DNA of 59,568 nucleotides, the filler included. It is 3 parts of 3 records of this genome, joined end to end, with 100 filler letters (N's around TTAATTAATTAA, not from the genome) between each part and the next. Parts side by side here need not be neighbours in the genome. Positions count along the whole stretch, not along the records: positions 46,995 to 59,568 come from DRR723986_18469; 2 more parts are not named here. One strand, 5' to 3'. This document shows, piece by piece, positions 54,539-59,568 of the stretch (position 1 is the first letter of the stretch; the number at the start of each line of letters is the position of its first letter). Made by a program: the position numbers and the translations under genes. The notes under the pieces are model-generated. The model did no database searches. It saw only the letters and a list, made by a program, of their open reading frames with translations, and was not told the DNA's origin.

Positions 54539-55819
54539 TCAGGTGAGGGCCGGTTCCCGGGTTTCGGCCTTTGCCTTGGCAGCAGGTTCACCGCCATCTG
54601 CCGGAGGTGTCTTCGGTCGTTCGGACGGTCCGGTGGAGGTGGTCGCAGGCGGTTTGCGCCAGGGCTGGCTCTTGTACCAGCCAGCCACATAGGCAACGGC
54701 AATCAGCGCCAGGAAACCGAGCAGGTTCGACAGGATCTGCGGAAGCCATTCGCCGCGGCCCCAGACCATGTCGCGCAGGATGCCCGCAGCCTGGGCAATG
54801 ACCAGGCTTGCCATGAACACGGGCAGTGACTGCTGTCCGACCTTCTGGACAACACGCACGAACCGGCCCCAGATCTCGCCATGTCCGAGCAGGCGTCTGC
54901 CGTGCTCACCGGCAGCAACCCAGGCCAGATAGGCTAGGGCCAGGAAGTGCAGGTAGCGGAACAGGCCGAATTCCGTCTTGATCCAGAGCGGCTTGATGAT
55001 CTCGCGGATTTCGCGGGCCCAGACCAGGTTCAGGTGATTTTCCTGATAGGCGCGGAAGTAGGCGAAGGGAACCGTGGCGACAAGCACCACCGCGCAAAGC
55101 ACGATCAACGTCTTGCTGACGGGAGGTGCCGGTATCCAGCCGCGCATGAACGCAAAGCCGGTGAAGAACAGCATCTGCCAGGCGAAGGGATTGAAGAACC
55201 ATTCCCGGTCCGACCAGGGCTCGGCCGGCAGGCTCAGAAGGTCGAACTGGGCAGCCAGCCACAGGCCGATCGACAATGCGAAAGCGCCCGGTACGGAATA
55301 GCGGGCGACAAGCATGATCGCCGGGATCAGCGACAGGATCACCACATACATCGGCAGAATGTCGAAGTAGTTGGGCACCCAGGTCATCGTCAGCAACCCG
55401 GGCAGGGCCATTTCGGCGTTGTCATAGAGATGCAGAAGGTTGAGCGAGGCGACATAATTTTCTTCCAGGCCGCAGCACTCAGCCAGGTAACCGCTGTTCT
55501 GAAGCATGACAAGGCCGACGGCGAGGACCAGGAACTGGCCGATATGCGCCCAGTACACCTGCCACATGCGGTGCAGGATGCGTGCTGCCCCCATGCCCCA
55601 GCCATGAACGTCGAAGATCTTGCCGAAGGCGAGCGCGGAGGCCATGCCCGAACAGAAGACGAAGATTTCAGTCGCATCGGAAAACCCGAACCGGGCGGGA
55701 ATCCAGAGCGTCCACCAGTTCCAGGGCAGGTGGGCAACGTAGATAATGAACATTCCAAGGCCGCGGAAGAAATCTAGCCGCGGATCGCGTGGGCGTTTCG
55801 TTTGTGTGTGAGCGTTCAC
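54539..55819 (-). CDS. opgC: OpgC family glucan succinyltransferase
   Basis: RDPRLDFFRG, FGFSDATEIFVFCSG, DILPMY, FNPFAWQ and VGQQSLPVF. Confidence 0.88.
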   Translation of the reverse strand: MNAHTQTKRPRDPRLDFFRGLGMFIIYVAHLPWNWWTLWIPARFGFSDATEIFVFCSGMASALAFGKIFDVHGWGMGAARILHRMWQVYWAHIGQFLVLAVGLVMLQNSGYLAECCGLEENYVASLNLLHLYDNAEMALPGLLTMTWVPNYFDILPMYVVILSLIPAIMLVARYSVPGAFALSIGLWLAAQFDLLSLPAEPWSDREWFFNPFAWQMLFFTGFAFMRGWIPAPPVSKTLIVLCAVVLVATVPFAYFRAYQENHLNLVWAREIREIIKPLWIKTEFGLFRYLHFLALAYLAWVAAGEHGRRLLGHGEIWGRFVRVVQKVGQQSLPVFMASLVIAQAAGILRDMVWGRGEWLPQILSNLLGFLALIAVAYVAGWYKSQPWRKPPATTSTGPSERPKTPPADGGEPAAKAKAETREPALT

Positions 55820-55862
55820 GTTGGGTCCAGAGATAATTGGTCAGTCGAGTGCCGGCAGTGGG

Positions 55863-57248
55863 TCAGACCGAGCCGGTAGCCCTGAGTTTTTGGTCTTCCA
55901 TCACTCGGTGGGCGCGGTGCATTTTGTCGCATATTTCAAGACGTTGTTCGGCGAATCTATCCAGTGCACCGCGTTTGTGCGTTCGGCTGTTGAGCAGCCG
56001 TTCCGCATCTTCCGGCATGCCTGCCCGCAGGGCTGCATCGATTGTGATTCGCTCGAAGACATCGCGCTGAGCGTGCGAGCCGCCGACCATGTATAGATTG
56101 TCTCTCGCCGAGTCCAGCAGGGCAAAGGCGGAGGCATAATTGCCCTTCCGGTACTGTTCCAGGCCGAGGCCGGTCGGCAGTCCGGTTTCCGCGGTGATCC
56201 GGCCAAGATCCGTTTCGGTTTGCGCCCGTTCCTTCAGTCCGGTCAGCAACCGCTCGGCACCCATGCGGCGGCCACCGTTCAACAGGGCCAGCAGGTAATG
56301 CAGGTCGGCGAAGACATTGCAGCCGTCTTCGGCGCGCTTGTCGGACAAAAGTGCCAGCTCGTCCCAGCGGGGGCCGGTATTGACCCCTTCAAGCTCCAGG
56401 CGGACAAGCAGCGAGGCCGCATTGGAAATGTCGCGGTAGTCGTCGGTCTTGTCCTTGCGGATGTCGGTGTCATAGAGCGCAAGTGCCTTTTCGGCCTGGC
56501 CCTGGTCCAGATACATCAACGCCAGGTGCCACCAAACGTGATAGCCGAAGTTGTTGCAGTGGGCCCAGCCTTCCGGCTGTGTTTCCAGCCAGCCGGCCCC
56601 TTCTTCGGAGCGACCGGTCATGTCGTGCACATGGGCGACGGCGTGAAGGCCCCAGGCATCATCGCGGGCAAATTCCAGTCCTCTGCGGCCGGCAGCTTCT
56701 GCCAGGCGGTAGTCGCCGGTTTCTTCCAGCGAAAACGCCCGGCAGCCAAGCATGTAGCCATAGGCCGGGTGGGTTTCGCCATAGGCCGCATGTACCCGCT
56801 CGATCGACTGGCGCATGCCAGTGGCATCGCCCAGCACGAAGCGGATCGCGTGAACCAGTTTCATGATCAGGGCATCTTCGGGAACCGTTACCAGCACGGT
56901 ATCTAGAAGGTCGGCAGATCTTGTGGGATATCCCTGCAACCAGGATCCGAGGGCGTCGACCACGGCAAGTTCGCGTGCCGTGACCGGCGTATGCTGGGTC
57001 GAGGTTCTGGCAATCGCCAGGCATTCCTGTGCCGTCGCGGTCAGTTCCTTTCGGCCAAGCAGCAGGCAGAAAATCCCGCGTGCTGCATGACCAAGCGCGA
57101 AGTCCGGCGCAAGGGCGAGGCATGTCTCGAGATGTTGGGGAGTAGTCCTGCCATGCGCCAGAAAGGCTTTCACGGTCTCGTTCCAGGCGGCCAAGGCTTC
57201 CTTGTCCGACAGGGTAAGCTCATATCCGAATTGATCAGTTAGACGCAT
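55863..57248 (-). CDS. TPR protein, TTC38-like
   Basis: AFSLEETG, DAWGLHAVAHV, HVWWHLAL, FADLH and GGSHAQRDVF; ATG at 57248. Confidence 0.85.
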   Translation of the reverse strand: MRLTDQFGYELTLSDKEALAAWNETVKAFLAHGRTTPQHLETCLALAPDFALGHAARGIFCLLLGRKELTATAQECLAIARTSTQHTPVTARELAVVDALGSWLQGYPTRSADLLDTVLVTVPEDALIMKLVHAIRFVLGDATGMRQSIERVHAAYGETHPAYGYMLGCRAFSLEETGDYRLAEAAGRRGLEFARDDAWGLHAVAHVHDMTGRSEEGAGWLETQPEGWAHCNNFGYHVWWHLALMYLDQGQAEKALALYDTDIRKDKTDDYRDISNAASLLVRLELEGVNTGPRWDELALLSDKRAEDGCNVFADLHYLLALLNGGRRMGAERLLTGLKERAQTETDLGRITAETGLPTGLGLEQYRKGNYASAFALLDSARDNLYMVGGSHAQRDVFERITIDAALRAGMPEDAERLLNSRTHKRGALDRFAEQRLEICDKMHRAHRVMEDQKLRATGSV

Positions 57249-57492
57249 AACAGGCCTTTTTTGTTTCTCATTCCGGTCCTCTGAAACCGGGTCCCGCCAA
57301 CTGCGGCTGTAAATGGCCGGGTGGCTGAATATTCCTATCCAAAATCCGCAGGCGGCACTTGAACTGCAAAACACAAAAAGGTGTTGGCAATGTGTAGGTG
57401 AAGAAAAGACACCTTCGTTGCGAAATTAAGGCGGGAAGTGCAAGTCTTCGTATCGGGGTTTTAAAGTCGGATCTGCGCGGGAGCAGGAACAC

Positions 57493-58644
57493 ATGGCCTT
57501 GGCCGTCGCGAAAACTCAAGCAGCCGTCGTCGCCATTGCGGGTGGCCTTCTGGCCATGGTCGCACTGGGGGCCTATGGCGAAGCCGGACCGCGCCAGGCA
57601 GTGGCTGCCCTGATCGGCGGTCTCGCAGGCCTGTCGCTCTATCATGCAAGCTTTGGTTTCACGGCCGCCTGGCGACGGATCGTCACGGAAAAACGCGGCG
57701 GGGGGCTCAGGGCGCAATTCGTTCTCATTCTTCTGACCAGTGCGGTTTCCTTTCCCCTGATTGCCTGGGGGCATGCGCTTGGCTGGCCCACGGGCGGCTT
57801 CGTCTTTCCCTTCGGGGTGGCGGCTGCCTTCGGTGCCTTCCTGTTCGGTCTCGGCATGCAACTGGGCGGCGGCTGTGGATCCGGCACGCTGTTTACCGCC
57901 GGTGGCGGTTCCACCCGCATGATGATCACCCTGGCGTGCTTTGTCCTCGGGTCAGTGGCTGCTACGGCGCATCTGCATCTCTGGGGCCGCTTGCCCAAAT
58001 TGCCGCCGATGTCCCTCATCCGGGAACTCGGACCGCATGGCGCTTTTCTTCTGACCGCGCTCATCCTCGGCCTGTTGGCAATTGCAACCATCATCGTAGA
58101 GCGGCGCGCTCATGGCTCGGTTGCCCAGCCGAAGCCGACAGTTTCGTTTCTCAGCGGTCCCTGGTCCCCCATGCTGGGTGCGGTGATGCTGGCGATCGTC
58201 GGCATTGCCACCTTCGTGGTGATTGGACGCCCCTGGGGCATCACCTCTGCCTTTGCGCTTTGGGGCGGCAAGCTTTTTCACGCGGCAGGCGTGCCGGTGG
58301 ACAGCTGGCCCTACTGGACCTGGCAGCGCGGAGCTTTGGAAAACCCCGTGCTGCGCGACACGACCTCCGTCATGGACTTCGGCATCATTCTGGGTGCAAT
58401 GGCGGCAGCGGGCCTCGCCGGACGCTTTGCTCCGGTCTGGCGTCTGAACCGCCGCGACGTGCTGACGGCGATCGCGGGCGGGCTGATGATGGGCTACGGT
58501 GCCCGCCTGGCGTATGGCTGCAATATCGGTGCTTACCTGGGCGGTCTGGCGTCGGGCTCTCTGCACGGCTGGCTGTGGCTGGTCTTTGGCTTCCTCGGCA
58601 GTCTTGTCGGAACCCGCGTGCGCTTGCGGCTTGGCATGGACTGA
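57493..58644 (+). CDS. YeeE/YedE sulfur-compound transporter
   Basis: GMQLGGGCGSG, PWGIT and GYGARLAYGCNIGA. Confidence 0.9.
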   Translation: MALAVAKTQAAVVAIAGGLLAMVALGAYGEAGPRQAVAALIGGLAGLSLYHASFGFTAAWRRIVTEKRGGGLRAQFVLILLTSAVSFPLIAWGHALGWPTGGFVFPFGVAAAFGAFLFGLGMQLGGGCGSGTLFTAGGGSTRMMITLACFVLGSVAATAHLHLWGRLPKLPPMSLIRELGPHGAFLLTALILGLLAIATIIVERRAHGSVAQPKPTVSFLSGPWSPMLGAVMLAIVGIATFVVIGRPWGITSAFALWGGKLFHAAGVPVDSWPYWTWQRGALENPVLRDTTSVMDFGIILGAMAAAGLAGRFAPVWRLNRRDVLTAIAGGLMMGYGARLAYGCNIGAYLGGLASGSLHGWLWLVFGFLGSLVGTRVRLRLGMD

Positions 58645-58737
58645 CGACGTCCTGAAGCACACCGCATTGTGACGCGTTCGTGAGGCAGGCCCCGCTAGAG
58701 TGCGCGGCATTGCAACATCGCCTGCGGGAGAAAGAAG

Positions 58738-59217
58738 ATGCGTCTGTTTGCCCTGGTTGTCGTCACAAGCCTGTTTGCCGTCGGATTGGCCAGAGCGGAC
58801 AGCCTGACCGATCGCGAAGGCTGGCAGGTCCTGCCCACGACCAAAAGTTACCCTGCGCTGGTTGATGATCTCAAAAGTGCGATCGAGGGAGAAGGCATGT
58901 TGCTGGTAACCCAGGCCAGTGCCTCGGACGGCGCAAAGGGCAGGGGAATTACCATTCCCGGCAACCGCATCATTGGCGTCTATCGCAATGATTATGCCGT
59001 CCGGATGCTGGAAGCCTCCGTTGCCGCGGGTATCGAAGCACCGATCCGGTTCTATGTCACCGAAAACACCGACGGCACCGCAACGCTTTCCTGGAAAACG
59101 CCCGGTTTTGTCTTCGCACCCTACATGGACGAGGGCGGCCCGGCCCTGCAAGAACTTGCAAGGGAACTCGATCAGGTCTTCACCTCTATCGCCGACAAGG
59201 CTGTTGCCGCACAGTGA
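58738..59217 (+). CDS. DUF302 domain exported protein
   Basis: Signal peptide and AGIEAPIRFYVTE...LSWKTP. Confidence 0.85.
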   Translation: MRLFALVVVTSLFAVGLARADSLTDREGWQVLPTTKSYPALVDDLKSAIEGEGMLLVTQASASDGAKGRGITIPGNRIIGVYRNDYAVRMLEASVAAGIEAPIRFYVTENTDGTATLSWKTPGFVFAPYMDEGGPALQELARELDQVFTSIADKAVAAQ

Positions 59218-59331
59218 CAGTCCTGTGAATTGCGTAATCGGTTGGCAACCACGCCTTGTTTTTGGGCTTGTGAAACTGTCTGGGCGACCCCACACTCTTA
59301 GTGTGTTCAACAACTGAAAGGAGGTGTGCCC

Positions 59332-59427
59332 ATGTCTAATGAGTATCGGTGCGTGGCCCAAGTGTCTGGGCGGAATCGAACGGTGCTGGAGCAGCCTCTG
59401 GTAGTGAGAGATTTCGCTGGGATCTGA
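59332..59427 (+). CDS. Small ORF, 31 aa (MSNEYRCVAQVSGRNRTVLEQPLVVRDFAGI)
   Basis: Strong SD GAAAGGAGGT, promoter-like CTTG-N17-CCCCACACT upstream and its own terminator; below the ORF-track cutoff. Confidence 0.6.
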   Translation: MSNEYRCVAQVSGRNRTVLEQPLVVRDFAGI

Positions 59428-59457
59428 TCCGGGGCTTGTGTCACGTCGATCTCATGG

Positions 59458-59490
59458 GAGGGCCGCTAGCGCGGCCCTCTTTTGTTTTTT
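59458..59490 (+). terminator. Intrinsic terminator
   Basis: GAGGGCCGC-TAGC-GCGGCCCTC followed by TTTTGTTTTTT. Confidence 0.88.
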
Positions 59491-59539
59491 AAGCCTCGTT
59501 GGCCTGTTCAGGGTCCTACCTCGTTCCATATTTCAGTGG

Positions 59540-59568
59540 GTCATCCCGGACGCAGCGCAGCGAAGATC
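59540..59568. repeat. Start of an alphaproteobacterial REP-like palindromic element
   Basis: GTCATCCCGGAC... at the window end resembles GTCATCC-type interspersed repeats; truncated. Confidence 0.45.

Noticed and set aside
57249-57492. Riboswitch or sigma54 promoter between the TTC38-like gene and yeeE
   Set aside because: No recognisable aptamer consensus or TGGCAC-N5-TTGC match.
1-59568. rRNA, tRNA, CRISPR arrays, known defence systems, integrase
   Set aside because: None recognised by eye. A covariance-model or HMM scan was not possible.

Overview
This window is three unrelated contigs joined by artificial 100-bp linkers (N44-TTAATTAATTAA-N44 at 25979-26078 and 46895-46994), so adjacency across linkers means nothing. 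Contig 1 (1-25978) is AT-rich Bacteroidota chromosome: partial dnaE2-type polymerase, ORF6N protein, SPFH, a T9SS type-B cargo with its PorP/SprF partner, lysC, sucAB, dprA, CotH/DUF2490, rpoN, M48 peptidase and an NrtR-prs unit with three NrtR boxes. Contig 2 (26079-46894) is a GC-rich alphaproteobacterial conjugative element: DUF932/945, two SyrB-like genes, a candidate MOB_P oriT, traKLM, virB2-B10, a large Cys-repeat secreted protein, virB11, virD4, primase, an RHH accessory protein and a truncated relaxase. Contig 3 (46995-59568) is alphaproteobacterial (probably Hyphomicrobiales) chromosome: ugpC-like, AlkC-like, MFS, ECF sigma, LysR, hsp20 with a ROSE-like leader, opgC, TTC38-like, YeeE, DUF302 and an uncalled 31-aa sORF. 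Main observations: (1) a 35-bp palindrome encodes the LRSQFVTL segment inside the ORF6N gene, and two related copies, one with compensatory changes, lie between ORF6N and dnaE2; (2) an 821-aa secreted protein with eight two-Cys repeats sits between virB10 and virB11 of a T4SS that resembles epsilonproteobacterial systems but is paired with IncP-like DNA-processing genes; (3) an RP4-like nic site whose orientation puts DUF932 in the leading region; (4) an NrtR-controlled prs paralog that may act on ADP-ribose. All calls come from reading motifs by eye. No database searches or computations were run.
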